Positions 9,986-19,154 of a stretch of 64,000 nucleotides of DNA are shown here, piece after piece. The DNA is taken from NCBI GenBank assembly GCA_016208485.1, contig JACQXY010000061.1, positions 14,330-78,329 on the forward strand. The letters run 5' to 3'. Under the pieces are notes generated by a model, which worked only from the letters and a program-made list of their open reading frames with translations, did no database searches and was not told the origin of the DNA. Position 1 is the first letter of the stretch. Each line of letters begins with the position of its first letter. The stretch is from Acidobacteriota bacterium. GTDB taxonomy: Bacteria > Actinomycetota > AC-67. The translations under genes and the position numbers were made by a program.

Positions 9986-10519
9986 TCAGCTCTCTTTCGG
10001 CGCATGCGAGCTGTGCGTCTCGTCCGCGCTCCCGGCCCGCAGCAGCGCAAGAATCCCGCCGGCAGCAAGGATTCGGCGCATCTCCTCCGGCAGCGGATTC
10101 CCCGCGAGATCCGCCCCGCCGACCTTGCTCCGCACCCCGCCCGTCGCCAAGTTCACCTCGACTTCCTCCCCGTCCGAGAAGGCGTGCGCCGCGCCCGCGC
10201 AGGTGAGCACAGGCAAACCGATCGCGACGGCGTTGCGTAGGAACAGGCGCGCAAAGGATTCGGCGACAACACAGCCGACGTCGAGCGACTTGAGCGCCTC
10301 AGGCGCCGTTTCGCGGCTTGACCCACAACCGAAATTGCGACCGGCGACGACGACGTCTCCCGCCCGGACGCCCGACGCAAAGGACGCGTTGACCGACTCC
10401 AGTGCGTGCAGCCTGCGCACCTCGATCGGCTCCGTCGCATACGAGCCGGGAGAGAGCAGGTCGGTGCTGATGTCGTCGCCGAAGCGCCAGACGCGTCCGC
10501 GGACCATGTCACCGGGCAC
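9986..10519 (-). CDS. 3-isopropylmalate/(R)-2-methylmalate dehydratase small subunit family (LeuD-like aconitase swivel domain)
   Basis: 177-aa product …GDDISTDLLSPG…NFGCGSSRE… typical LeuD; overlaps the LeuC-like gene by 11 nt. Confidence 0.75.
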   Translation of the reverse strand: MPGDMVRGRVWRFGDDISTDLLSPGSYATEPIEVRRLHALESVNASFASGVRAGDVVVAGRNFGCGSSRETAPEALKSLDVGCVVAESFARLFLRNAVAIGLPVLTCAGAAHAFSDGEEVEVNLATGGVRSKVGGADLAGNPLPEEMRRILAAGGILALLRAGSADETHSSHAPKES

Positions 10520-11774
10520 AACCGCTCACCACCTTCCGCGGATCGGCGATGCAGCCCGCGATCGCCGACGCGGCGACCGTCGCAGGCGACGCCAGGTAGA
10601 TCTCGGCCTGCGGGCTTCCCATGCGGCCGGGGAAGTTTCGGTTGTGCGTTCCGATGCACCGCTCGCCGGGAGCGAGCAGCCCACCGTGCCCACCGAAGCA
10701 CGGCCCGCAGCCGGGCGGCAGAATCGTGGCGCCGGCCTCGACGAGGACACCGATGAGGCCGCGCCGCTCGGCCTCCCGGTGGATACGACGCGACGCGGGC
10801 GCGACGAGCAGCCGCACCTTCGGGTGGACCTGCGCGCCCCGCAGCAAGTCCGCCGCGACCTCTAGGTCTTCGAGGCGACCATTCGTGCACGAGCCGATGA
10901 ACGCCTGATGGATGGCGGTTCCCTCGACCTCCCCCACAGGTACGACGCGATCCACCGCGTGCGGCACCGCGACCTGCGGCTCCAGCTTCGACAGCGCAAT
11001 CGGGTGCACGGCCGCGTACGCGGCATCGGCGTCGGGTGCCAGGAACTCGTCGGCGCTCCCACCGAGGTAGACGGAGGTCGCCGCGTCGGCGGCGAACATG
11101 CCGAACTTCGCACCGATCTCGACGGCCATGTTGCAGATCGTCAGCCGATCGGCCATGCCCATTCCTGCGGCAGCCGGGCCCGCGAACTCGATCGCGCGAT
11201 ACTGGGCGACGTCTGACCCGAAGCCCCCGGCGATGAACAGAACCACGTCCTTGCCGGTGATCATGTCCGGCAGTGCGCCGGTCATCTCGAAGCGGATCGT
11301 CTCCGGGACGCGGAACCACAGCCGTCCGGTCGCAAGGGTGTACACCATATCGGAGGTGCCGATCCCGGTGCCGGCGGCGCCGACCGCACCCTGAGTCGTC
11401 GTGTGCGAGTCTGTGCCGACGATGAGCATCCCGGGGCGTGAACGGCCGCCTTCAGCGAGCAATTGATGGCAGATGCCACCGCCGGCATCGGAGAAGTATT
11501 CGATCCCGAGTGCATCAACCTCCTCGCGAATGCGGCGGTGCAGCTCGGCTGCCTGCGCGCTCGGCGCCGGGACAAGATGGTCGATGACGATCGCGACACG
11601 GGACGGATCCCAGACCTTCTCGACACCGGCCGATCGCAACTCCGAGAAGACCTGCGCGGCGAAGATGTCGTGGGCCATCGCCAAGTCGATCTCGGCGACG
11701 ACAAACTCGCCGGGCGCAACCGCATCCCGCCCGGAGGCTCGCGCCAGGATCTTCTCCGCCAGCGTGAGACCCAT
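10509..11774 (-). CDS. 3-isopropylmalate dehydratase large-subunit family (LeuC-like aconitase catalytic domain)
   Basis: 421-aa product from MGLTLAEKILAR…; motifs DSHTTT, GSCTNGR, PGCGPCFG (Fe-S cluster Cys); start 2 nt after the SDR stop. Confidence 0.8.
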   Translation of the reverse strand: MGLTLAEKILARASGRDAVAPGEFVVAEIDLAMAHDIFAAQVFSELRSAGVEKVWDPSRVAIVIDHLVPAPSAQAAELHRRIREEVDALGIEYFSDAGGGICHQLLAEGGRSRPGMLIVGTDSHTTTQGAVGAAGTGIGTSDMVYTLATGRLWFRVPETIRFEMTGALPDMITGKDVVLFIAGGFGSDVAQYRAIEFAGPAAAGMGMADRLTICNMAVEIGAKFGMFAADAATSVYLGGSADEFLAPDADAAYAAVHPIALSKLEPQVAVPHAVDRVVPVGEVEGTAIHQAFIGSCTNGRLEDLEVAADLLRGAQVHPKVRLLVAPASRRIHREAERRGLIGVLVEAGATILPPGCGPCFGGHGGLLAPGERCIGTHNRNFPGRMGSPQAEIYLASPATVAASAIAGCIADPRKVVSGCAR

Positions 11775-11776
11775 CG

Positions 11777-12523
11777 TCAGGAGGCTCCAAGGCTGCGGCC
11801 GCCGCAAACGTAGAGGATCTGGCCGGTGACGTAGGAAGCTTCGTCTGAGGCGAAGAAGAGCACCGCCTGCGCGATGTCCTCCGGCGTGCCGACGCGCCCC
11901 ATCGGGACGGTCTTGGCGAGTCGCTCCTGCACGTCCCCGGCGAGCCCGCGGAAGAGCGGCGTGTCGATCAGCGCCGGGGCGACGCAATTCGCCGTGATCT
12001 CGAACTTCGCCAACTCGAGTGCGAGCGTGCGCGTGAGGCTGACGACGCCGCCCTTCGACGACGCATAGTTCGCCTGCCCCGCGCCGCCGAGCCACGCGCG
12101 CGACGAGATGTTGATAATCCGCCCGTGAGTGCGCTCCACCATGTGCGGCACGGCAGCACGGCAGCAGAGGAACGGCGACTTGAGGTTGATGCGGATGACG
12201 TCGTCCCACTCCTCCTCGGACATCTTCGTCAGATAGCGGTCGCGAGCGATGCCGACGTTGTTGACGAGGATGTCGAGCCGCCCGAATTCAGCGACTGTGC
12301 GGTCGACGAGCGCCTGCGCGCCGGCGGTCGTGCTCACGTTGGCCTCGACGCCAATCGCGGACGCGCCGAGGTCGCGCAGCTCCTGGGCCACAGCCGTGAC
12401 ACGGTCGCCCGCGACGTCGTTGACGACGACCAATGCGCCGGCCGCTCCAAATGCCCGCGCGATCCCGGCGCCGATCCCCTGGCCGGATCCGGTGACGACG
12501 GCGACTCGATCCTTGACCTGCAT
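11777..12523 (-). CDS. SDR-family oxidoreductase (FabG-like)
   Basis: TGSGQGIGAGIA Rossmann motif, NNVG, catalytic S…YxxxK (YASSKGG). Confidence 0.8.
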   Translation of the reverse strand: MQVKDRVAVVTGSGQGIGAGIARAFGAAGALVVVNDVAGDRVTAVAQELRDLGASAIGVEANVSTTAGAQALVDRTVAEFGRLDILVNNVGIARDRYLTKMSEEEWDDVIRINLKSPFLCCRAAVPHMVERTHGRIINISSRAWLGGAGQANYASSKGGVVSLTRTLALELAKFEITANCVAPALIDTPLFRGLAGDVQERLAKTVPMGRVGTPEDIAQAVLFFASDEASYVTGQILYVCGGRSLGAS

Positions 12524-12539
12524 TGACGCGCTCCTCCTC

Positions 12540-13325
12540 TCAGCGGCCGACGAACGTGGGTTCCCGCTTCTCCGCGAATGCCTTGATTCCCTCCTTGCGG
12601 TCCTCGCTGATCACCAGATCATGATGGGACGTCGCTTCGAACTCCAGCCCCGCATCTAGATCCACCTCGGTCGCGAGGTTGACGGCTGCCTTGATCTTCG
12701 CGAGCGACAGCGGCGCGCGCTGCCCGATCACGCCCGCGAGCGCACGCGCTTCATCCATCAGCGCGGCGGCCGGGACGACGCGGTTGACGAGCCCGATCGC
12801 GAGGGCCTGCGCGGCGTCGATCCGCTCGCAGGTGAACATCATCTCTTTCGTTCGGGCGGGGCCGAGCAGGCGCGTCGCGCGCTGCGTCCCGCCGGCGCCG
12901 GGCATGCTCCCGACCTTCGCCTCGGGGAACCCGAACTGCGATCCGGCCGCGGCCACCCGCAGGTCGCACGCGAGCGCCATCTCGAGGCCACCGCCCAGGC
13001 AGTAGCCGCGAATCGCGGCGATGACCGGTGTGCCCATCTGCTCGAGACGGCGGAAGACACGTCGGACGCGTGCGCCGAGCGGATCCCCCGTCGAACCCTC
13101 CTGGTAGTCCTTGGCGCGACTCTTGAGGTCGGCGCCGACGCAGAACGCCCTCTCTCCCTGCGCACTGAGGATGAGCACACGCAGGCCCGCGGCCCCCTCG
13201 GCCCTATCGAGGATGCGGCTCATCTCGTCGAGCATCTCGACGCTCATCGCGTTCATAGCTTCGGGGCGGTTGAGCGTGATGAGCCCTACCGCGTCCTCGC
13301 GAGCCCATAGGATCGGTTCCTCCAT
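12540..13325 (-). CDS. enoyl-CoA hydratase/isomerase (crotonase superfamily)
   Basis: LITLNRPEAMNAM…FCVGADLK…GGGLEMALACDLRVAA… crotonase signature. Confidence 0.8.
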   Translation of the reverse strand: MEEPILWAREDAVGLITLNRPEAMNAMSVEMLDEMSRILDRAEGAAGLRVLILSAQGERAFCVGADLKSRAKDYQEGSTGDPLGARVRRVFRRLEQMGTPVIAAIRGYCLGGGLEMALACDLRVAAAGSQFGFPEAKVGSMPGAGGTQRATRLLGPARTKEMMFTCERIDAAQALAIGLVNRVVPAAALMDEARALAGVIGQRAPLSLAKIKAAVNLATEVDLDAGLEFEATSHHDLVISEDRKEGIKAFAEKREPTFVGR

Positions 13326-13335
13326 GGGGACCCCC

Positions 13336-14556
13336 TCACGTCACAGCGGGCTGCGACACCCGCGCTCCCTGGACGACCTGCTGTTCGAACAGCGCGTCGA
13401 TCTCCTCGGCGCCGAAACCGAATTCGCGCAGGACCACCTCGGCATTTTCGCCGGGTCGAACAGGCGGCGGCGGTCCCGGCGCCCCCGGCGTGGCCGAGAA
13501 GCGCACGGGATTGCGGACGGCGGTGATCTCCCCGGCCTCCGGATGCTCGGCGGTGACGAACATCCGCGTGTGCGCCACGTGCGGCTCGACGACGAGGGCC
13601 GGGTAGGACAGCAGCGGCGCGCAGAGGACGTCGGCAGCCTGTAGCAGCGTTACCCATTCGGGTGTGGTCCGCTCGCGGAATATCGGTTCGAGCAGAGCAC
13701 GAAGCGCCGTGCGGTTTCCCACGCGCAGCTCGTTGGTGACGAAGTCGGAACGGGTCGCGAGGTCGGGGCTACCGATCGCCTCACAGAAGCGGCGCCAGCG
13801 GTCCGGTGTGTACGCGGCGACCTGCACGTGACCGTCCCGAGTGGGAAACGCTTCGTTCGGGCACGCGTACGGCGCTGCGCTCCCCTGCCGCAGCGGAGGT
13901 TCGCCCGACGCGAAGAACATCGCCAGGGGCACGACCTGGAGCGCCAGCAGCGCGTCGAGCAGCGACACGTCGGCACGCTGCCCAATCCCGGTACGCTCGC
14001 GCGCGTACAGCGCCGCGAGGATCGCCTGCCCGGCAAACAAGCCGCCGGCCATGTCCGCAGCCGGAACACCAACCTTGACCGGCGGGCCGTCCTCGGTGCC
14101 GGTGACGCTCATGATGCCGCTCATCGCCTGGACGACGCCGTCGACGCCGGGCCGGTCGCGCCACGGCCCGTCCTGCCCGAATGCGGAGATCGCTGCATAG
14201 ATGAGTCGCGGGTTGCGCGCCGACATCGCCCCGAAGCCGATGCCGAGCCGGTCGGCGACGCCGGGCCGGAAGCTCTCCAGCGCGACGTCGCACTCATCAG
14301 CGAGCCGCAGGACGACCTCCCGCCCCGCGGGTTTCTTGACGTCGACGACGATGCTGCGCTTGTTGCGGTTCATGCCCAGGAAGGCCGCTGCCGCGCCGGC
14401 GACGAACGGCGGGCCGAGGCCGCGCCCCCACTCGCCACCGGGTGGCTCGACCTTGACGATCTCGGCGCCGAGGTCGCCCAGCAGCATCGCGCACGTCGGC
14501 CCCGCCGCGCCCTGCGATAGGTCGAGGATGCGGATCCCTTCGAGCGGCCCGCTCAT
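13336..14556 (-). CDS. family III CoA-transferase (CaiB/BaiF/Frc family)
   Basis: N-terminus MSGPLEGIRILDLSQGAAGPTCAMLLGDLGAEIVKVEPP is the canonical CaiB/BaiF start. Confidence 0.8.
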   Translation of the reverse strand: MSGPLEGIRILDLSQGAAGPTCAMLLGDLGAEIVKVEPPGGEWGRGLGPPFVAGAAAAFLGMNRNKRSIVVDVKKPAGREVVLRLADECDVALESFRPGVADRLGIGFGAMSARNPRLIYAAISAFGQDGPWRDRPGVDGVVQAMSGIMSVTGTEDGPPVKVGVPAADMAGGLFAGQAILAALYARERTGIGQRADVSLLDALLALQVVPLAMFFASGEPPLRQGSAAPYACPNEAFPTRDGHVQVAAYTPDRWRRFCEAIGSPDLATRSDFVTNELRVGNRTALRALLEPIFRERTTPEWVTLLQAADVLCAPLLSYPALVVEPHVAHTRMFVTAEHPEAGEITAVRNPVRFSATPGAPGPPPPVRPGENAEVVLREFGFGAEEIDALFEQQVVQGARVSQPAVT

Positions 14557-14563
14557 CGCGCGC

Positions 14564-15832
14564 TCACCGTTCGGCCTTCACCGACTTCCGCGCGCAGGGT
14601 CCCAGCAGGGCGAACACCTCGTCGTCGCACAGCACGTGATCGGACTGCTTCGCCGCCGTCCAGATGCGGTCCATGATCGCCGGATCGGCTTCCAGCCCGC
14701 GGTGCGTCAGCCATGCGATTACGTTCGCCTGACCGCTCATCGGCCCGATGCTGATCACCTGCTCGCGCCCGAACTCGTCGGCCGGCACACCGCTGTAGAC
14801 ACGGTTGGCGAGCCAAGAGTCGCCCTTGCGCATCGCTTTGAGGATCGCCGCCGCATGCACGCCGGTGCTGGTCTCGAAGGCGTCCTTGCCGAAGACCGGG
14901 TTGTTGGAGGGGATCGGCACGCCGGTCGCCTCCGACGCGGCCTGGCAGTACGCGGGGAGCATCGACAGATCGCGGTCGATCCAGCCGAGCAGCTTGAGGT
15001 TGACGAGTAGCAGGTCCATCTCGGTGTTCCCGGCGCGCTCGCCGATGCCGAGCGCGCAGCCGTGAACGCGGTCGACTCCTTCTGCGATCGCGGTGATCGC
15101 GTTCGGGATGTCGAGGCCGCGGTCGCGATGCCCGTGCCAGTCGATCTTGACGTTCTCGCCGGTGTCGGCAACGACCCGCTTGACGTAGCGCACGAGGTTG
15201 CGCACGCCCCACGGCGTCGCGTGGCCGACCGTGTCGGCGAGGCAGATGCGTTTCGCGCCCGCCTCGATCGCCGTCGTGTAAAGGCGCCGCAGATCCTTGC
15301 CGCGGGCGCGAGTCGTGTCTTCGGTGACGTACATGACCTCTATCCCGAGGGAGACGGCGAGCCCGACCGCCGACGCGGTCGTCTTGACCAGGAAGTCCAT
15401 GTCCCAGCCTTCCGCAAACTGCCGGATGGGACTCGACCCGAGGAACAGAGCGGCTTCGATCGGAATCCCGGCGCGCTCCTGCGCCTCGGCGATCGGGAGT
15501 ATGTCGGCCGGCGCGGTACGTCCCGCGGAGTTGGCCTGAATGCGCATGCCGGATGCGCGGATCTCCTGCGCGAGCCGCACCACATCGGCCAGGGCACGCT
15601 CACCCGCGCTCGGATAGCCGATATCGGCGGAGTCAATGCCGAGCGCCTCCATGTGGTGCAGCAGCTCGATCTTCTTTTCGACGGGGGGGTTCAGAACCGA
15701 CGGGCTCTGGAGGCCGTCGCGGAGCGTCTCATCGTCGAGTTCGATCGCTCGCGCCGGCCGCCGCACGGACCCCGACCCCTGATTCCAGTCGTAAAGCAAC
15801 TGCTGCTCGCGGCCCCCGAGTTGCCTCTCCAC
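14564..15832 (-). CDS. LeuA-family 2-alkylmalate synthase catalytic domain (DRE-TIM metallolyase; long-form IPMS-like but lacking the C-terminal regulatory domain)
   Basis: DETLRDGLQSP…GYPSAGE…HGHRDRG… DRE-TIM motifs; start placed at the GTG preceded by SD GAAGGGAGG (8-nt spacer); the ORF-track extension to 15943 is Arg-rich. Confidence 0.65.
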   Translation of the reverse strand: MERQLGGREQQLLYDWNQGSGSVRRPARAIELDDETLRDGLQSPSVLNPPVEKKIELLHHMEALGIDSADIGYPSAGERALADVVRLAQEIRASGMRIQANSAGRTAPADILPIAEAQERAGIPIEAALFLGSSPIRQFAEGWDMDFLVKTTASAVGLAVSLGIEVMYVTEDTTRARGKDLRRLYTTAIEAGAKRICLADTVGHATPWGVRNLVRYVKRVVADTGENVKIDWHGHRDRGLDIPNAITAIAEGVDRVHGCALGIGERAGNTEMDLLLVNLKLLGWIDRDLSMLPAYCQAASEATGVPIPSNNPVFGKDAFETSTGVHAAAILKAMRKGDSWLANRVYSGVPADEFGREQVISIGPMSGQANVIAWLTHRGLEADPAIMDRIWTAAKQSDHVLCDDEVFALLGPCARKSVKAER

Positions 15833-16164
15833 ACCTCTCGCCTCCCTTCGGCACTGTGTGGCTCGCCTCCGGATGCGCTTGAACTGGTCCCGCGCCCAAC
15901 CCCGCTCGCGCTCAGCCAGACTGTTGAAGCCAGACGTTACCAAGCCCCTAGGGTCAAGGCTACGCAGGATCGGACAATGTTCTGGCTCCCGCTTTGGCAG
16001 CTATTGACAACGGCGCCCTCCTCCGCTAGCCTGCCTAGGTCGTCTGGTTGCGTCCAGTGGTCGTTCCAGGGGCTGCCGTGGGTGTCGGTGGCCCCGTCGC
16101 CTGTGCCTCGGGCGCGTACCGAACACCCCGGAGCAATCCGACAACGCTGGCACGGTGTCCCGGG

Positions 16165-17784
16165 ATGAAACCCCACCAGGATGAGCTGACCCAAGAGCCG
16201 AGCGCGCGAGCGACGCTCGCACAACTGCTGGAGAACCTCGGCGAAGGCCTCGTTACGATCCTCGCCGCCCCCAAGGGTCTCGATGTGGAGGTCGTCGGAC
16301 CCGCCATCTTCGATCCGTTGGCCGGCTCCCCGGTCGAGCCCGGCGATCTGATCCTCGCCGTCGCCACCGATCTTTCGCGCGCCGGAGACATAGTGCTGGC
16401 GGCGGCCGACGCCGGCGCCGCCGGCGTCGCCTTCAAGCTGCCGGGCGACCCCCCGCCCGCACTCGCCGAGGCCGGCGCGCGCGCCGGGATTGCGATCCTC
16501 GCCGTGCCGCACGAGCTGTCGTGGGGACACTTCTTCTCCTTGCTGCGCACAGCGGTCGCAAGCACCGCGCAAGTGCCGACGCAAACCTCCGACGTCCCGG
16601 TTGGCGACTTGTTCGCGCTCGCCAACGCCGTTGCGGCGATGGTCGGCGGGCCGGTGACGATCGAGGATCCGAGCTTCCGCATCCTCGCCTATTCGAGCCT
16701 CGAAGAGCCGGTAGACGAGCTGCGGATGCAGACGATCCTCGGGCGCCGCTCCCCGGCAGCATGGATGAGTCGCTTCGGCGACGCCGGGTTCCTGCGTCGC
16801 GTCGCCACCACGGACGATGTCGTCACGGTCGCGGGCATCCCCGAGGAGGGCGTCCTACCGCGCATTGCGATCGCGGTGCGCGCCGGTGGGGAGATGCTCG
16901 GTTCGATCTGGGTGATCGTTCGTCAGGCTCCGGCGCCGCCCGCGTCGGCCGAGGCATTGCGCGAAGCTTCGCGCATCGCAGCGCTGCACCTGATGCGGCA
17001 TCGGGCGACCGCCGACATCGAGCGGCGGTTCCGCGGCGACCTGCTCCTATCGCTGATCGAGGGTCGCGGACCGATCGAGGCCGTCGCCACCAAGCTTGGC
17101 GTCGACGCGGATGGGGCGTTCACCGTCGTCGCGTTCGAGCTGCACTCCGCCGAGGAGCCGGAACTCTCCATCCAGCGGGAGCGGACCCTCGAGCTGATCG
17201 CCGTCTACTGCGAAGCGTTCCGTCGCCGCAGCGCGTGCGTCGCGAGCGGCAAGACCGTCTACTGTTTGCTGCCGACGGCCCCCCATACCGGCCGCCCACG
17301 ACTGATAGCGCTGGCCGCCGACATCATCCGCCGCGCGGAGCGTTCCCTAACAGTCGGGCTGCACGCCGGGATCGGCTCGACGGTCAGCCCCCTGCGAAAC
17401 GTGCCGCGCTCGCGCTGGGAGGCCGACCAGGTGGTGCGCGTCGTCACCCGGTCTCCAGAGCGCGGTCCGGTCGCGCACATCGAAGACGTTCGCGCGCACA
17501 CACTTCTCCTGGAGCTTCAGGATCTCGCGGCAGACCGGCCGCATTTCGCGGCGGGCAAGCTCGAACTGCTGCGCCGGGCGGACGCGCAGCAGGGCACCGA
17601 CTACCTGCGCACGTTGAGTGCATACTTCGAGCACCAGGGCAACGTGGCAAGAGCCGCTCAGGCACTCGGTATCCACGCGAACACGCTCCGCTACCGGTTG
17701 CGGCGCATGGTCGAGCTATCGGGTTTGGATCTCGACGACGCCGACGAGCGACTCATCGCCGACCTGCAGCTCCGCTTCCTGTAG
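16165..17784 (+). CDS. PucR-family transcriptional regulator (C-terminal PucR-type HTH)
   Basis: ATG at 16165 (MKPHQDELTQ…); C-terminal …LGIHANTLRYRLRRMVELSGLDLDDADERL… is the PucR_C HTH; divergent from the LeuA-like cluster. Confidence 0.75.
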   Translation: MKPHQDELTQEPSARATLAQLLENLGEGLVTILAAPKGLDVEVVGPAIFDPLAGSPVEPGDLILAVATDLSRAGDIVLAAADAGAAGVAFKLPGDPPPALAEAGARAGIAILAVPHELSWGHFFSLLRTAVASTAQVPTQTSDVPVGDLFALANAVAAMVGGPVTIEDPSFRILAYSSLEEPVDELRMQTILGRRSPAAWMSRFGDAGFLRRVATTDDVVTVAGIPEEGVLPRIAIAVRAGGEMLGSIWVIVRQAPAPPASAEALREASRIAALHLMRHRATADIERRFRGDLLLSLIEGRGPIEAVATKLGVDADGAFTVVAFELHSAEEPELSIQRERTLELIAVYCEAFRRRSACVASGKTVYCLLPTAPHTGRPRLIALAADIIRRAERSLTVGLHAGIGSTVSPLRNVPRSRWEADQVVRVVTRSPERGPVAHIEDVRAHTLLLELQDLAADRPHFAAGKLELLRRADAQQGTDYLRTLSAYFEHQGNVARAAQALGIHANTLRYRLRRMVELSGLDLDDADERLIADLQLRFL

Positions 17785-17856
17785 ACCCGCCGGTGAACCC
17801 GTCCGCGGTCGCACTGACACGACAGCTTCGGGACGGCGGGCTCTCCCGGCGATCGT

Positions 17857-19041
17857 TCATCCGCCCAGCCGCAGCGCGACCTCGTTCTCGAGCAGCAGGC
17901 CGCGGCGCGTCAGGGTGAGCCTCCCTCCGGCAACCCGCACGAGCCCGGCCTCGCGGAGCACCTCCGCGTCTGCCCGGAGATCGCGCCCGAGTCGCGCGCG
18001 CGCCTCGGCGAGATCGACCCCCTCGATCAGGCGGAGCCGGAGCTGGAGCCACTCCTCCGCGCGCGCCGCCGGGTCGAGGCGCTCCTCGCCGGCGCGCGCG
18101 GCGCGCGGATCCGCCGCGTAGGCGCGCGGGAGCTTGCGGTTCCAGAAGCGCACGCCGGCGATGTGCGAGTGCGCGCCGGCGCCGAGCCCCAGGTACTCGC
18201 CTTGGGTCCAGTAGACGAGGTTGTGGCGGCTCTCGCGTCCGGGCCGCGCCCAGTTCGAGATCTCGTAGTGCCGGTAGCCCGCGCCCTGGAGCACGTCGAG
18301 TGCCGCCTCGAGCTTCGAAGCCTGGTCCTCGTCGTCCGGGGCTGCCATCCGCCCGGTGGCGACGGCGTGGCCTAACGCCGTCGGCCGCTCGATCGTGAGC
18401 GCGTAGCAGCTCAGGTGCTCGGGCGCGAGCGCGAGCGCCTCGCCGAGCGACTCGCGCCAGGCGGCCGCGTCCTCCCCCGGCCCTCCGTAGATGAGGTCGA
18501 GGCTCACGTCGGCGAACCCGGCCTCGCGCGCCGCCCGGACCGCGCGCCGGACGTCCTCCGGCGAGTGTCGCCGGCCGAGCGCCGCGAGCACCGGCCGGGA
18601 GAACGACTGGGCCCCGACGGAGAGCCGGTTCGCCCCGGCCGCGCGGAGCGCCGCCAGGCCACCCGCGGTCACGGTCTCGGGGTTCGCCTCCACCGAGACC
18701 TCGGCTCCGGGGGCGAGGGGCAGGACCCCGCGAATTCGCGCGACGGCGCCGGCAAGGAGGCCCGGGTCCACCATCGTCGGGGTTCCCCCGCCGAGGTAGA
18801 GGGACCCGGCCGCCGGGAAAGGCCCGTGGCGCGCGGCCCACCATTCGGCCTCGCGCGCGAGCGCGTCGAGGTAGGCGCCCACCTCGGCAGCGGAGGCTCC
18901 GACGTGGACGTTGAAGTCGCAGTAGGGGCACTTGTAGGGGCAGAACGGGATGTGCACGTACACCCCGAACGCTGGCGCGAGGTCCGAGGCGACGCCCGTG
19001 GCCGGGTAGGCGGCAAACCCCGCCCCGAAGGGCGGGCTCAC
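17857..19041 (-). CDS. hemW: radical SAM heme chaperone HemW (coproporphyrinogen-III oxidase-like)
   Basis: VYVHIPFCPYKCPYCDFN radical-SAM CxxxCxxC motif, HemN_C-like C-terminus; start set at in-frame GTG with upstream GGAG; the longer ORF-track N-terminus is Arg-rich. Confidence 0.6.
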   Translation of the reverse strand: MSPPFGAGFAAYPATGVASDLAPAFGVYVHIPFCPYKCPYCDFNVHVGASAAEVGAYLDALAREAEWWAARHGPFPAAGSLYLGGGTPTMVDPGLLAGAVARIRGVLPLAPGAEVSVEANPETVTAGGLAALRAAGANRLSVGAQSFSRPVLAALGRRHSPEDVRRAVRAAREAGFADVSLDLIYGGPGEDAAAWRESLGEALALAPEHLSCYALTIERPTALGHAVATGRMAAPDDEDQASKLEAALDVLQGAGYRHYEISNWARPGRESRHNLVYWTQGEYLGLGAGAHSHIAGVRFWNRKLPRAYAADPRAARAGEERLDPAARAEEWLQLRLRLIEGVDLAEARARLGRDLRADAEVLREAGLVRVAGGRLTLTRRGLLLENEVALRLGG

Positions 19042-19154
19042 CGCGGCGCTCCGGTGCCCATCATCGGTCCCGAAGGGTAGCGCGGGAGCGAAGCAGGATT
19101 CCGGGGGGGCTCCGGCGAATCTTGAGCCAGGCCCAAGGAGATAGGGAGGACAGG

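Noticed and set aside
15833-15943. N-terminal 37-codon extension of the LeuA-like ORF
   Set aside because: Arg-rich and upstream of a strong SD (GAAGGGAGG) that precedes an in-frame GTG; treated as 5' UTR
17785-17856. Possible bidirectional terminator between convergent PucR and hemW genes
   Set aside because: Only weak, long-loop complementarity (CCCGCCG…CGGCGGG) and no U-tract; not convincing enough to call
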